Counted from the stretch's first letter, positions 23,212 through 34,544 are shown. The stretch is DNA of 64,000 nt from an uncultured Desulfosarcina sp. (GCA_963674945.2 CAXXWQ010000003.1:2144001-2208000); one strand, 5' to 3'. Made by a program: numbers and translations. Notes: generated by a model not told the origin, from the sequence alone.

Positions 23212-24855
23212 ATGACTCAGTACAAAAAAAAGATGTATCATGCTGTAATTATTTGTGTTCTGATGATAACCTTGGCAGGGTGCAATTCGGGATCATCAGG
23301 AGGAACGCCTGGCGCCGGAGGAACGGTTGACATCCCCGACGGGGCAACCCTTATATCGAATGAAGAGTATAATGATCTGATTGCCCAGGGAAAGCTTGAA
23401 GAAATTTCCGATGACGATCAGCGGGAACAGGCCGACGCTTTCGAATCTCAGTACAAAGAGGACACCAGAACCATCGATGATTTCATTACGGATACGGGAG
23501 CCAGAGACCCCAGGCCCGGTGAACCCAATGACGACCAGGATTCGGTGAACATCCTGCCGGACGGGAACGTGCGTCATACCATTACCATGAAGGACGGACG
23601 CACACGTGACGTAATAACCATGGGCCGAAAACAGAGTATCCATAGCATCGCCCAAGGTATTCGCGTTTATCCCACCCGTGATAACCAGTTGGGAATGTAC
23701 CGGCGTTTGTTCGAGCTGATTCCCTCTGATATCAAAAGAGAACTCGAACTTGTCGATCCGGATGCTGTGGCGGCACATCCTGAAGAATATGATGTGGAGT
23801 ATATCCAGAATAAAAATAATTTCATTACGGGCCTGCATGAAGCCATCATTAATTCAATCGGGGATCTTACTGTTGTTCCGGTGGAACCCTATGACTGCGG
23901 CAACGACATGGGCGCAGGGGAGGGCAGTGACCGCGTCGGCTGCGACGATTCCATCTGCGGTTTTGATAATACGGGGATTTTCATGAATTTTACATGGAAT
24001 CACAAAGAGGACTTGAGTTGCGTCAAGGACCAGGCCGGAAGGGGGAGTTGTTGCGCCTTTGCCGTGGTGTCCGCCACGGAGTATTGGGTCAAACGCAAGC
24101 TCGAATACCGTGTGAATCTTTCCGAGCAGGCTTTGTACAACCGTATGAAGTTGAACTGGGTCCGGGATGATGACAACGACGGCTACTACATTTCCGATGC
24201 GCTGGACAACGCGATCATTGAAGGTTATCTGATTCCTTTTGAACAGCAGTGGAACTACAACCCTTCCTTGAATCGGGTTGAATTTGATGGAGGCGGATTT
24301 TCTCATTCCTGCGACAACTACACGGATACCTGTTCAAACTCCTCGCACCAGAGCGACATCGTGTGCAATGGGTCCGGTGACTGTTCATACTATGTACCTG
24401 AAAAAAATCCCAATTATTATGGTTTCAGGCTGAAAAAAGGTCATGTGATCTGGGATTGGCACGACAGGGACATGTCTTTCTGTAGGGTCCTCATTTATCT
24501 GGCCCTCGGAGATCCCGTGCTGATCCAGGTTCCGGTCCTGGATCAGTTTGACGAGGCTCATGAAACAGGCAATGGCTATATCACCTATGTGGCAGGAGAT
24601 GTCGACAATCCGGCCACGGGTGAAAAATCCACCAACCGCGGAAACCACATCATGCACGCCGTGAGCCTTATCGACAATGCAAGACTCAATGAGATTCTGC
24701 CGGATGCCCCGGAAGGAGCAGGCGGCGGGTATGTGATCGTGAAGAACTCCTGGTCCAACTGCTGGGGCGACGGTGGATATGTGTATATACCTTACAGTTA
24801 TATTCAGGAATATACCCAGTACGCCAGCGTCCTAACAGCCATCTACGAGGAATAG
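23212..24855 (+). CDS. Papain-like C1 cysteine peptidase lipoprotein
   Basis: Lipobox LAGC; KDQAGRGSCCAFA, NHIMH, IVKNSWSNCWGDGGY. Confidence 0.88.
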   Translation: MTQYKKKMYHAVIICVLMITLAGCNSGSSGGTPGAGGTVDIPDGATLISNEEYNDLIAQGKLEEISDDDQREQADAFESQYKEDTRTIDDFITDTGARDPRPGEPNDDQDSVNILPDGNVRHTITMKDGRTRDVITMGRKQSIHSIAQGIRVYPTRDNQLGMYRRLFELIPSDIKRELELVDPDAVAAHPEEYDVEYIQNKNNFITGLHEAIINSIGDLTVVPVEPYDCGNDMGAGEGSDRVGCDDSICGFDNTGIFMNFTWNHKEDLSCVKDQAGRGSCCAFAVVSATEYWVKRKLEYRVNLSEQALYNRMKLNWVRDDDNDGYYISDALDNAIIEGYLIPFEQQWNYNPSLNRVEFDGGGFSHSCDNYTDTCSNSSHQSDIVCNGSGDCSYYVPEKNPNYYGFRLKKGHVIWDWHDRDMSFCRVLIYLALGDPVLIQVPVLDQFDEAHETGNGYITYVAGDVDNPATGEKSTNRGNHIMHAVSLIDNARLNEILPDAPEGAGGGYVIVKNSWSNCWGDGGYVYIPYSYIQEYTQYASVLTAIYEE

Positions 24856-25335
24856 GCCGGATCGTCGAAGCCGGTTTCGTGAAAAATACGGGGCTCTGGA
24901 ACTATGGACTGCTAGATGCATATGAACGCAGTTCTGTTCCGACACAAGCCTGTGTTGGTTTTGGCCTGATCCGTGATCAACGGAAAAGGGAATGGCAGCA
25001 TATTCGACCCTTCCGGCGATATTTGGGCTGTTACTGATATTGCCTTCTTTGGATTAGATCTCTTTTCTCAATCATAATTTAACTGAAAAACTGTCCCTGC
25101 TATGAAAATCAGCCGCGGCTTCACGGTGAGTCAGCGCCCAATAACTCAGTTCACTGTTTTTATGTTTGATAACAGAGCAAATAGCAATTTCCAGTGGATC
25201 CTCCTTATCAATAATTTTATTTACATCACATTCAAGGGTCAGTTTGAATGATTCTGCTTGAGTCTGGACTTCGAAAGGAAGTGCGTTAAAATTTAATTCT
25301 TCTTTCCGTCCCTCACGATAATCTTTAAAGTAATA

Positions 25336-26991
25336 CCTGAATCAGTGGCCTAATTTTTGCTGTTAGGATTGGCGCGGGGCGATTGCCTCACACACCATCA
25401 TTTGTTGATAATTTTTCTCACTATTTTCAAATTTCGAAGGAATTTTGCTCCTGTTTCTCATTCTTTAGCCATAGCAAATCACCAAGCAAATGCCTGTAAA
25501 ATTGTTCTTTTAAAAATTATAGCTACTTCATAGCGGAAAGCAAATTCAGACGAAGATAAATCCGATCCATCAGTTTGGAAAATGGATTGAGTTGGCCAAA
25601 GGATATGTACCATTTTCTACTTCTGGTTACTAATCGACCGGCCATATACATCAAGTCCTGCATGACTGTCCGGATTCGACGCCGGGTAACTTTCTTCCGG
25701 CGTATACCGGGCAATTCAGTCGGATCACTCTCTTCGATGCTGATTTGTCCGATAATCCGTAGCATGTTGTACGTCAGCATCGCCAAATGAAGAATCAAGC
25801 TATTGGTGGAAAAATGACCGCTCGGCAAGCGCTCCAGGCCCATGTCGGATTTGAGTTCGGAGTGAAACTGCTCGCTGGTACCGTGATCGTGATAAAGTCG
25901 AATCACCTCATCCGGTGGCAACTGTGCGAGGCTGCACCAATAGGTATCGATCTGATACTCGGGGAACAGCAGTACTTGGCCCTTTTTGGTATGCCTTTCG
26001 GTAACCTCAAAGATGATTGGGTAGCGCAATGGATTGCCGTTGATGTCTTCAATCGTCTTTCCGATCCATACACATTTTCCTGAGCGGCAATGCTGTTGCT
26101 TGCCGGATTTTTTTGCCAGATCAACCCACTTTTGAACAGATTCTCTACGCAAATTGCGTTTGATGATAAAGTGGACATTCTTTCGTGAATCGTCAGGAAA
26201 GTTGTCTTGACTGTCGTTTCCTGAATCCAACCTCATCAAAATAGGCTGATCGGTAATTTGCCTGGCATAATCCAAGGTGGCGTTGATAAATTCGGGGGTG
26301 TTTTTCTGGCAGTGTTGTTTTCCTTCTCTGAACTCAAGATTCACCAGATACCCCTCGGTGCCCAGGTAGGCAAAGATCGGAGCGAAGCCATCCGTGCCTT
26401 TGTAGGTTCTGGAAACGCCTTCCTTTTGAGTCTTTGAGTTGTCAAACGGACTCACATCCATATCCAAAGGAAGGAAATCACCCGCACTGGTTTGGATGGG
26501 TGAAATCGCCGGAGCGCAGGATCGAACCAAATCAACGCCTGCATCCTTAATCAGCTTATCGGCTTGGTTGCCGATCAAATCGATTCGCTGACGCAATGTC
26601 GGGCTTGACGGGCATGCACGATTGCCAATGGCCTTGTTGAAAAATTCTTGCTTCTCACGAAAAATCTCGATCGCATCGTAATCAGGTTTACCAATACTCA
26701 TGAGAGCAATCATCGAAGCTAAAATGTCACCATGAGAAATTTTCGGGTCTACACAATGGACGCCGTTGATCTTTTCGAAACGGAACCTGAAATTTATCGC
26801 ATCAAGTAATGCGCCGATATTGATCAATCCGCTATGACTGGCAAGTTTTTCCATCTCGTGTTTTATGGTGATCGGACGCCGCATTGATTTCACCTCCGAA
26901 GTGAGCGTTTAGTGCCCTAATATTACCATAATATATATGTTTTATCAATTGGTTATAGTGTTTTAATCAGGTTTTGTGCCACGGAAACAGG
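25336..26991 (-). mobile_element. IS1380-family element, copy 1 (1656 bp)
   Basis: Ends CCTGTTTCCGTGGC / CCTGAATCAGTGGC; 5-bp TSD TAATA; second copy at 38720. Confidence 0.92.
25523..26893 (-). CDS. IS1380-family DDE transposase
   Basis: LDMDVS, RLDSG, YHDHGTSEQFHSELK. Confidence 0.92.
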   Translation of the reverse strand: MKSMRRPITIKHEMEKLASHSGLINIGALLDAINFRFRFEKINGVHCVDPKISHGDILASMIALMSIGKPDYDAIEIFREKQEFFNKAIGNRACPSSPTLRQRIDLIGNQADKLIKDAGVDLVRSCAPAISPIQTSAGDFLPLDMDVSPFDNSKTQKEGVSRTYKGTDGFAPIFAYLGTEGYLVNLEFREGKQHCQKNTPEFINATLDYARQITDQPILMRLDSGNDSQDNFPDDSRKNVHFIIKRNLRRESVQKWVDLAKKSGKQQHCRSGKCVWIGKTIEDINGNPLRYPIIFEVTERHTKKGQVLLFPEYQIDTYWCSLAQLPPDEVIRLYHDHGTSEQFHSELKSDMGLERLPSGHFSTNSLILHLAMLTYNMLRIIGQISIEESDPTELPGIRRKKVTRRRIRTVMQDLMYMAGRLVTRSRKWYISFGQLNPFSKLMDRIYLRLNLLSAMK

Positions 26992-27276
26992 TAATAGATA
27001 TTCCAGTTTCCCGTTGGAGAAAGATTAAATTCCCAGTACTGAGGCAAATCTCTTGTGGCAATAAAAAACTCAAAACATGTACCTTCCCAAAGATTATTCT
27101 TTCTGGCTGGTATTGTTGATTCTTGTGGAAATATGATATCGGACAATTTCCCGACAACTTCGTAATCAATGAAAAGCGAAGTGGAATGCCTGTCAACAAC
27201 ACCATCTATCGTTACACCATCTGTCAAATCATTTTTTTGAAAAGGCACTAATGTAAAACGATTTCTCATTTGAATG

Positions 27277-27927
27277 TTAGCCTTCCAAAAACGCCGTAGT
27301 CCCTACCGAACCGGCAATCAAACACTGTGCGGCAAAATACGTGGTCAAATTCAAGAGGCGGGCCGGCTTGAAAGCACCTCGGAAGCGATTGATCGCCAGG
27401 ATTGTGTCCGAAATGACGAACAAAACAGCACCGATGGTCGCCAAAAGCGCCCCGCTCTGATGCGTTTGGCTCCACCTTTCCCAGGCTATCCAGGTCATAA
27501 TCAGGATGACCACGATATAGACGAGGACAGGTGGTTTTAGTTTGCCGAGACAGGGCGCGAGAATGATATAAATGACAACTCCATAGATGCCAAGGGGGAT
27601 CAATGGCCACCATATTAGAGTACTTATCTCCGACATAAAAGCCACGGTGTAAAGAATGTGTGCAACGAGAAATGCAACCAGTCCGGCCACGAACCGATCA
27701 GAGGGCAGCATCAGGAAAACGTCCCCCGCCATGGAAAAAACGAGACCGGCAATAATCGTATACTTATAGAACGGCAGCGTGGGCTGCCCCAAGATGGCGA
27801 TCAACCAGATGAAAGCCATCGTCATCGGCTTGAAGACGTAAACATTTCGCAGCGGGCCGCGATATTCCGCCCGGATGTGGATGGAGGCGGCGAGTATGAC
27901 CAACAGCACGAGTATGGATATTCGCAT
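27277..27927 (-). CDS. YhhN family membrane protein (lysoplasmalogenase-like)
   Basis: FKP, GDVFL, FLVAHILY, LFVISD, TYFAAQ. Confidence 0.88.
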   Translation of the reverse strand: MRISILVLLVILAASIHIRAEYRGPLRNVYVFKPMTMAFIWLIAILGQPTLPFYKYTIIAGLVFSMAGDVFLMLPSDRFVAGLVAFLVAHILYTVAFMSEISTLIWWPLIPLGIYGVVIYIILAPCLGKLKPPVLVYIVVILIMTWIAWERWSQTHQSGALLATIGAVLFVISDTILAINRFRGAFKPARLLNLTTYFAAQCLIAGSVGTTAFLEG

Positions 27928-28502
27928 CTCTTCTCACCTCTCAAAAGTCTAATGAGTCAGGGATTTGACCTCCATTTTCCCAAAAGCAGCCGTCTAAGAC
28001 GGTTGCAGAGGATATGTTTTGCTATTTATCCTATTATGTCAATTGGTTGATTTGACTTTCCTTTTTTTACTACACAAGTCCCCCGGAGGTCAATATGATA
28101 AAAGTAACCAGCAGCGGATTAATTACGCCGGCCATAGACAGCTTCAAAATGAGGTGAACGGCACTGATATTTTTAAACCCCTGCCTTTAGCCGTCTGAGT
28201 TAACTGCTTTGTACGGCCTTGGTTTATCAACAAGACTGCCGTGAACATAGCGATGAAGGATACTTGCCATTGGTGTTTGGCAGGGAATTCCATTCTCCGC
28301 GGCAAGGGCCTGGATCTTTTTTCGCAGAACCGCATTGACTTTGTGAAAGAAACCAATTAGTGTTTTATAACTAATTAAAATAACGGAGTTTTACGAATGT
28401 GATCAACTTAACTGCCAATGAACTCTGCAAACAAGCCGGGATAAAACCCAAGTTCTAATTCCTATCCGAATCTAAAATCTTCAATTTCAACATGAGGTAA
28501 CC

Positions 28503-29600
28503 ATGCAGGTCGACTTTCTCTTTGCACCTTTTCATCATCCCAAACTGGAACTCAAAAACCGCGTCGTCATGGCGCCCATGACACGGAGTTTTTCCCCCAA
28601 TGGTATTCCCGGTGACAGCGTTGCAGACTATTATCGTCGTCGCGCGGAAGGGGGCACGGGACTCATTATCTCGGAGGGTACCTTGATCGACCATCCCGCT
28701 GCCACCGATACCACGGATAATCCGAAATTTCATGGAGAGGCGGCACTGGCGGGTTGGAAAAAAGTGGTGGATGCCGTGCATGCCGCCGGCAGCAAGATGA
28801 TCCCTCAAATCTGGCATATCGGCTCGGTTCGTCGTGCCGGAACAGGATTTGTTCCGGATGCTGTCAGTGCCGCGCCATCCGGCCTGGTGGCGCCGGGCAA
28901 AAAAATATTACCGGAATTGAGTAACGCTGAAATTGAACGTCTGGTCGAGGCCTATGGCCAGGCCGCACTGGCTGCGAAAAAACTTGGTTTTGACGGTGTG
29001 GAGGTTCACGGGGCGCACGGCTATCTCGTGGATCAGTTTTTCTGGGAGGGGACCAATGTTCGATCGGATAAATACGGTGGCAGCATAGAGGCCCGCACCA
29101 CGTTTGCCGTTGAAATCATTCGCCTGATCCGGCAGCTATGTGGCGACGAGTTCCCCATCATTCTACGGATTTCCCAATGGAAGCAACAAGATTTTGATGC
29201 CAAACTGGTGCGAACACCCGAAGCGTTGCGACGCTTTCTGGAGCCACTCGTTGCCGCCGGTGTGGACTTGTTTCATTGCAGCACCCGCCGTTTCTGGAAA
29301 CCGGAATTCGACGGCTCCGACCTGAACCTTGCCGGTTGGGTGAAACGAATCACCGGCTTGCCGACCATCAGTGTGGGCAGTGTTGGATTGGATGAAGAAT
29401 TTGTTACGACCTTTGCAGGTGGAACTGCCGGAGTGGTCGGTATTGACAATTTACTCAAACGCATGGAAAGGGAAGAGTTCGATCTCATCGCCGTTGGTCG
29501 GGCTCTAATCAGTAATCCTGACTGGGTGAAACTGGTTGGTGACGGTAGATTCGACAAACTCAAACCATATAGTAAAGACTTGTTGGATGAGTTGTATTGA
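28503..29600 (+). CDS. NADH:flavin oxidoreductase (old yellow enzyme family)
   Basis: LKNRVVMAPMTR, EVHGAHGYL, AVGRALI. Confidence 0.93.
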   Translation: MQVDFLFAPFHHPKLELKNRVVMAPMTRSFSPNGIPGDSVADYYRRRAEGGTGLIISEGTLIDHPAATDTTDNPKFHGEAALAGWKKVVDAVHAAGSKMIPQIWHIGSVRRAGTGFVPDAVSAAPSGLVAPGKKILPELSNAEIERLVEAYGQAALAAKKLGFDGVEVHGAHGYLVDQFFWEGTNVRSDKYGGSIEARTTFAVEIIRLIRQLCGDEFPIILRISQWKQQDFDAKLVRTPEALRRFLEPLVAAGVDLFHCSTRRFWKPEFDGSDLNLAGWVKRITGLPTISVGSVGLDEEFVTTFAGGTAGVVGIDNLLKRMEREEFDLIAVGRALISNPDWVKLVGDGRFDKLKPYSKDLLDELY

Positions 29601-29836
29601 TCTGGTCTGACAAAGACCTTTCGTATTTTACATACATCGAATGTGATGAGTCTATTTTAGATTCCGTTGCGATCGCTCGGAGTAACCCATTAAACGGGTA
29701 AATGGGTCGTACCTCATGCTGTATTTCAAAGATGAAGATCACACAACCAGGTATTTTGCAAAGATTCGACAAGATCGAGAATATAGGTTTTTGATAGCTC
29801 AGGCGAAATGTAATCAGCACCGAGTTGATCGGCATG

Positions 29837-30520
29837 TTATATGTCTCTGTCTCTCGACCAGTCAACATTTTTACTGACTATTTTCGCAGGATTTCCTGCT
29901 ACAACAGTGTTTGCAGGTACATCTCTCGTGACTACTGCCTCGGCACCAATGATCGATCCATCACCTACGGTGATGCCCTTCAGTAAAAGGGCATTCGCTC
30001 CAATCCAAACATGATCTTTCACAATTACATCACTCGCATGGTTTATTCGACGACCAGTATCTCTATCGATGATCGAGTGATAATCGCTTGTGAAAATGGT
30101 TATCCCGACAGAAAGCATGCAGTCTTTTCCAATTAGTATTTTCCGGTCTGATTCAACTGCTTGCAAGGAAGCCTGAGAAACGGTCGTTCCTTCACCTATA
30201 TGTATGAGGCAGTTATTTCCCATAATCCGAAACCAACCTGTGAACTCCACACCTTTTTCGACAATCAGCCTGTTATTGTTTCCTCGAATGAATAAACTCG
30301 TTTGTACCACATTACATCCTGATGCAAATGTCACATCATTATTATTGCCTATTATATTCGTTTTAAGGTCGAATATGACGCCTTGTTTTTTAATGGTATT
30401 CCCTTTGCCGCGTATGTAGTTCCGTTTTTTTTGATTTCTGACGTTAATGAATGCTTTAAGATATTGTGCCATGCGAGTTCGTTTGGCTTTTCTCAGAGAC
30501 AATTTTAGTCGATTTAGCAT
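29837..30520 (-). CDS. Cassette: hexapeptide-repeat (LbH) acetyltransferase
   Basis: TSDYHSI, HVWIGA..LLKGITVGDGSIIGA..VAGNPAK. Confidence 0.85.
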   Translation of the reverse strand: MLNRLKLSLRKAKRTRMAQYLKAFINVRNQKKRNYIRGKGNTIKKQGVIFDLKTNIIGNNNDVTFASGCNVVQTSLFIRGNNNRLIVEKGVEFTGWFRIMGNNCLIHIGEGTTVSQASLQAVESDRKILIGKDCMLSVGITIFTSDYHSIIDRDTGRRINHASDVIVKDHVWIGANALLLKGITVGDGSIIGAEAVVTRDVPANTVVAGNPAKIVSKNVDWSRDRDI

Positions 30521-30537
30521 GATTCTATTCCTTGGGC

Positions 30538-30605
30538 ACCTAACGCTGCAAATACCGGTACAAATGTAGCGCAGTGGAATTTGCATTCGAGTTAATTTGA
30601 CTTGT
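30538..30605 (-). other. attC (R' arm), interrupted by group IIC intron remnant
   Basis: ACCTAAC...TTGT followed directly by intron 5' sequence. Confidence 0.7.
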
Positions 30606-30688
30606 CTGTGCCTGGCATGGCACGTATTTTTAAGAGCGCGATGAGTCCAGCATACCCTTTGTTGCACGGCTCATCAAGTCCCAAACCC
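30606..30688 (+). mobile_element. Group IIC-attC intron 5' remnant (83 bp)
   Basis: Closely similar to 48010-48092; first base G>C. Confidence 0.8.
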
Positions 30689-30784
30689 GTTTTAGATTTC
30701 TCCGAATAGCACGATATCAAATTGAAAATTATAATTGAAAATAGAATATAAAATTTAATTTCTGAGATTGGAATTTGTTTTAGC

Positions 30785-30854
30785 ATCGAACTTCAATTAA
30801 CTGCTCGCGCAATAGGCTAGTTTGCGAGAGTCCTAATTGACGCGTTTGTTAAAT
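30785..30854 (-). other. attC site
   Basis: ATCGAAC...GTTAAAT imperfect palindrome; core complements cassette start ATTTAAC at 34478. Confidence 0.8.
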
Positions 30855-31240
30855 TGTTTTCTATGAAATATTCGCAATAAGGGTCCAAAATAAGCCCATA
30901 TGCTACCAATTATTTTATTCTTATTATTAAGAATTGGCTTTTCAATTTTATGCCAAGATAGATATGCAAATAAGATAACTATTGCACTGGATAGCATTGT
31001 ATTCGAGTATGGGGTTCCGTTTGGTGTCAAATGTGCAATAACTTGCTGTATAGGAAAAGCATATATATAGACACCATAAGAAATATCGCCAAATTTATCA
31101 TCAATCGATATGTGTTTTGTAGGTAAGGGTCAAATAAACCCCATCTTCACATAGCCCAGATATTATGACATCATAGGCTTGGCAATGAAAATGTGTATGG
31201 GAGACGATTGTGAACCGGCCGGTAGAAAGTAAGAGAAGAA

Positions 31241-32800
31241 TCAATAGCGAAGGATCGCCAGCGTCTGTTTGTCGATATTTTTTGGCAAAAGCGCCAGATG
31301 GTCCTCCCGCGTCCTGGCCAGCGGAAGTTTGGCGAACAGGTATCGAAGATAGGCATAGGGTTCCAGCCCATTGGCTTTGGCCGTTTCGATCAAACCGAAG
31401 AAGGTGGCGCTGGCTTCCGCACCCCGGGGCGCGCCGGAAAACAGCCAGTTCTTGCGACCCAACACGAATGGCCGGATGACATTTTCAGCCACATTGTTGT
31501 CGGGCTTCAGAAATCCGGCATTGATATAGACAACCAGTTTGTCCCATTGGTTTAGGCAATATTGGATCGCTTTGCCGAGAAGGCTTTTCGGAGGAGCTTG
31601 CCAATGGTAGGTGTCCAGCCAGGTTTTAAATTGTTTCAGAATCGGCTTGGCCTTTTCCTGTCGCAGGTCACGGATCTGTTCATACGACAAATCCTTGTCT
31701 CGCGCATACCGTTCTATGCCATACAATGCGCCAATGTAATCCAGCGCCTCGTCGGCAAGCCCCTTGGCTGCTTTTTGTTTGCCGCGCGCCTTGCGCCCTT
31801 TGTTCACCTCGACAAATTTACGTCGGGCATGGGTCAGGCAACCTAAATGGATGATCCCTTGCTTTTGGGACAGCTGATCATAGCCGCTGTAGCCGTCGCT
31901 TTGAACATAGCCCGAATAGTCTTCTATCATATCTTGCACTACCTTCCCACTACGGGTGGGATGATACTGGTAAAGCACCACAGGGGCATCCAACGGGCCG
32001 CCACAAAACACCCACATATACGATTTTGTTGTATTGCTGCGGCCCGGTTCCTGAAGCACCTGAAACGGACTTTCATCGATATTGATCACAGGACCGCTTC
32101 GAATCTCCTGATGCATCAATTCGACGATCGGCTGGCAGCAACCGGCGGCCTGAATCATCCAATTGGCCATGGTTGACCGTGAGATGTCAACGCCCAGACG
32201 GTCAAATATCTTTTGTTGGCGATGCAGGGGAAGCGCATCGGCGAATTTTGAGACAGCGATGTGGGCCAGCAGTCCCTCAGTGGCGTTGCTCTTGGGAATC
32301 AGTTGTTCTGGCGGCGGAGCGATCCTAACGGTGGGGCCGTCATCCTCGACGCCTTCGCAGGCCTTGCAGGCGTATTTGGGGCGGATGTGACGGATCACCT
32401 GGATTTTTGCCGGGATATAATCGAGCTTCTCACAGGTCTCTTCGCCGATACGGCTCAGTTCAACTCCGCAAGCACACCGTTTCTCGGCCTCAGGGATATC
32501 GTGCAGGACCTCGACGCGGGGCAGATCCTCAGGCAACGGTTTGCGGCCACGCTTTTTGCGGGTGTGCTCCGGGACGGTGATGTCGTCATCGGCAAGGACG
32601 GGCTCTGCGGTTTCGTCGGGTTTGAACAACTGGAGTTGGTTGGGATTGACGGCCGGCAAAACTTCACTTTTGCGACCGAACAGCTCGTTCTTCAGCAGAC
32701 GTACCATTTCTTGCAGATGGTCGATTTGCTGCTGCTGAGAAGAGATAATCTCCTTAAGCGATTGGGCGTCATCGGGCAGGTTGTTCGATTCCGAAAGCAT
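31241..32800 (-). CDS. tnpC: IS66 transposase TnpC
   Basis: IDESP, SDGY, CLTHARRKF, DNNVAENVIR. Confidence 0.93.
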   Translation of the reverse strand: MLSESNNLPDDAQSLKEIISSQQQQIDHLQEMVRLLKNELFGRKSEVLPAVNPNQLQLFKPDETAEPVLADDDITVPEHTRKKRGRKPLPEDLPRVEVLHDIPEAEKRCACGVELSRIGEETCEKLDYIPAKIQVIRHIRPKYACKACEGVEDDGPTVRIAPPPEQLIPKSNATEGLLAHIAVSKFADALPLHRQQKIFDRLGVDISRSTMANWMIQAAGCCQPIVELMHQEIRSGPVINIDESPFQVLQEPGRSNTTKSYMWVFCGGPLDAPVVLYQYHPTRSGKVVQDMIEDYSGYVQSDGYSGYDQLSQKQGIIHLGCLTHARRKFVEVNKGRKARGKQKAAKGLADEALDYIGALYGIERYARDKDLSYEQIRDLRQEKAKPILKQFKTWLDTYHWQAPPKSLLGKAIQYCLNQWDKLVVYINAGFLKPDNNVAENVIRPFVLGRKNWLFSGAPRGAEASATFFGLIETAKANGLEPYAYLRYLFAKLPLARTREDHLALLPKNIDKQTLAILRY

Positions 32801-32863
32801 GCCTGATACATAGCATAACCAATTGAATTTGTACACACTTATTTTACTTCCAGGTGGATGTTC

Positions 32864-33211
32864 TCAGCTTGCATAACGGTAGTTTAAACGCACATGAGCA
32901 TTCGTATAATCCAGTCCGGCGAGAAGCCATTCCAGTTCTTTCGCACTAAGGGAAACGACTTCTTTTGTGGTTGTTGGCCAGTGGAAACGGTGCTTCTCCA
33001 GCCGTTTGAGCCAGAGAGCAAATCCATTTTTATCCCAGTATAAAATTTTTATCATGTTCCGACGCCGATTGCAGAAGACGAACAGGTCCCCTTCGAAGGG
33101 ATTCAAATCCATGGCCTGTTCCACCAAAACCGAAAGCCCGTTGATCGATTTGCGCATATCGGTATTACCCACGGCCAGAAAGACCCTTTTGGGATTGGTG
33201 GGCAACATCAT
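32864..33211 (-). CDS. tnpB: IS66 accessory TnpB
   Basis: DMRKSINGL, FVFCNRRR, KRLEK..FHWP. Confidence 0.93.
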   Translation of the reverse strand: MMLPTNPKRVFLAVGNTDMRKSINGLSVLVEQAMDLNPFEGDLFVFCNRRRNMIKILYWDKNGFALWLKRLEKHRFHWPTTTKEVVSLSAKELEWLLAGLDYTNAHVRLNYRYAS

Positions 33212-33537
33212 AATGTAGCCACCATTGCAACAAGCTTGTTGATTTCTATCGATCCGTTTTGATCATCGACTTCGATGGTAAATCCGTTGGGGGTATGAAT
33301 ACGAACGGATGGATGTTTCCTCGTCGCTGATCCGTTGAGCGCAACCGGCAAAAAAGTAACTCGGGTTTTATCAACGGGCATGATGCGCCGTTTCCAATCG
33401 TAAAACCGATGGAGAATGAGATCGTTTTTTTTACAATAGGCCCTTTGGCTTAGGCTGCTGATCTTCCATTTCTCGATATGATTTTCCCAAAATTTTCGCC
33501 TTTGCTTGGAATCGAATGAATCATAGTCTTCAGGCAT
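33208..33537 (-). CDS. tnpA: IS66 accessory TnpA
   Basis: LSQRAYC..FYDWKRR HTH; position within the element. Confidence 0.85.
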   Translation of the reverse strand: MPEDYDSFDSKQRRKFWENHIEKWKISSLSQRAYCKKNDLILHRFYDWKRRIMPVDKTRVTFLPVALNGSATRKHPSVRIHTPNGFTIEVDDQNGSIEINKLVAMVATL

Positions 33538-34477
33538 GATATCTTCTCCTTTCTTTGGGGAAACACATTGCCATGCCTGAACAATTTTGTGAAGATGGGG
33601 TTAATAAACCGCTTACTTTGTAGCGTAAGCAATATAAAAAATAAGATATACAAAGCAGATAGGAAATACAAAGGAAAACCATTTTTGACCAAAGGAGCAA
33701 GCAGCAACGATTGACGCAAATAATGCGAGCTTTCCATCAAGGAATACGTTACTTCTATTAATATAGAAAAACACGCCTATCAAAAAATATAGAGATGGTC
33801 TCGACCATTTCAAATTTTGACCAAGTAAAGGTATGTCCGAATAATAAAAATAACCGAATAACAGAAGTGACAGTATAAGGCAATTTGCTATCGCTTTGTG
33901 TCGTAGTAGCCCGAAAGAGCCAACTATCCCTAAAAATAAATAACACCTAACTTCAACGGTCAAAGTCCACAATGACCCATTAATTGCAGCCTTAATATTT
34001 TGCTCAAATACCCCAGGCAAGATCCATTGCATACGTTTGAAGGCTATAGCATTACTAAGGTAACTATACGTTTTAGGGTTAGAAAAATATGCAAGTCCCT
34101 CTGTATTTGTCATTATTGGCCCAAGAATGAATACTGAAGCAAAGATGCAAACGATGAGAGCTGGGTATATGCGAAGTGCTCTTGAAACTGAATAATCAAA
34201 AAAACCTCTATTCATAAAGCTCGCGGTAACCAAAAAACCGCTAATTGAAAAAAAACCATTAACAGCTAGTGCGCCAGTCCAAATCGATCCCTGAAATATT
34301 AGATTCAAAGGGTTTTTTATTCCTGGGACCGTTTGTATCGCATAGCTGTGCCCGTATAGAACCAGCTATGCAAAAGTAATCCTGATGAGAGTAAAGTTAT
34401 TGTTACGATTTCCATCAAAATCAACAAGTGATATCTTTGCAGAGTCTTTCACAAGTTTCCTTAAGTTGTAGGTTTAA

Positions 34478-34525
34478 ATTTAACACTGCGCTGTGGGGCC
34501 GCCAGTAATCCACAGCAGTTTGCAG
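34478..34525 (-). other. Degenerate attC
   Basis: ATTTAAC..GCTGTGG..CCACAGC stem; R'' core not recognisable. Confidence 0.5.
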
Positions 34526-34544
34526 AACCAAAGACGCTCGAATT

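Larger units (their letters stand above)
25073..27269 (-). pseudogene. DOMON-like domain protein split by IS1380
   Basis: LWEGTCFEFF..YWEFNLSPTGNWNIY resumes as YFKDYREG beyond 25335; SYWALTH...DFH C-terminus in a shifted frame. Confidence 0.75.
31123..33616 (-). mobile_element. IS66-family element (tnpABC)
   Basis: GTAAG...AACCCCATCTTCAC terminal IRs; duplicated TTTGTAG flanks. Confidence 0.92.
30833..34452 (-). pseudogene. Cassette: acyltransferase-3 (OafA-like), with nonsense mutation and IS66 insertion
   Basis: RNNNFTLIR, FFSISGFLV, NGSLWTL, GDISYGVYIYAFPIQQ; in-frame TAG near 5' end; frame restored on IS removal. Confidence 0.85.

Noticed and set aside
29780..29842. Terminal attC after the acetyltransferase
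   Set aside because: A GTTATAT core is at the stop codon but I found no partner core or clear stem; the array end is left approximate.
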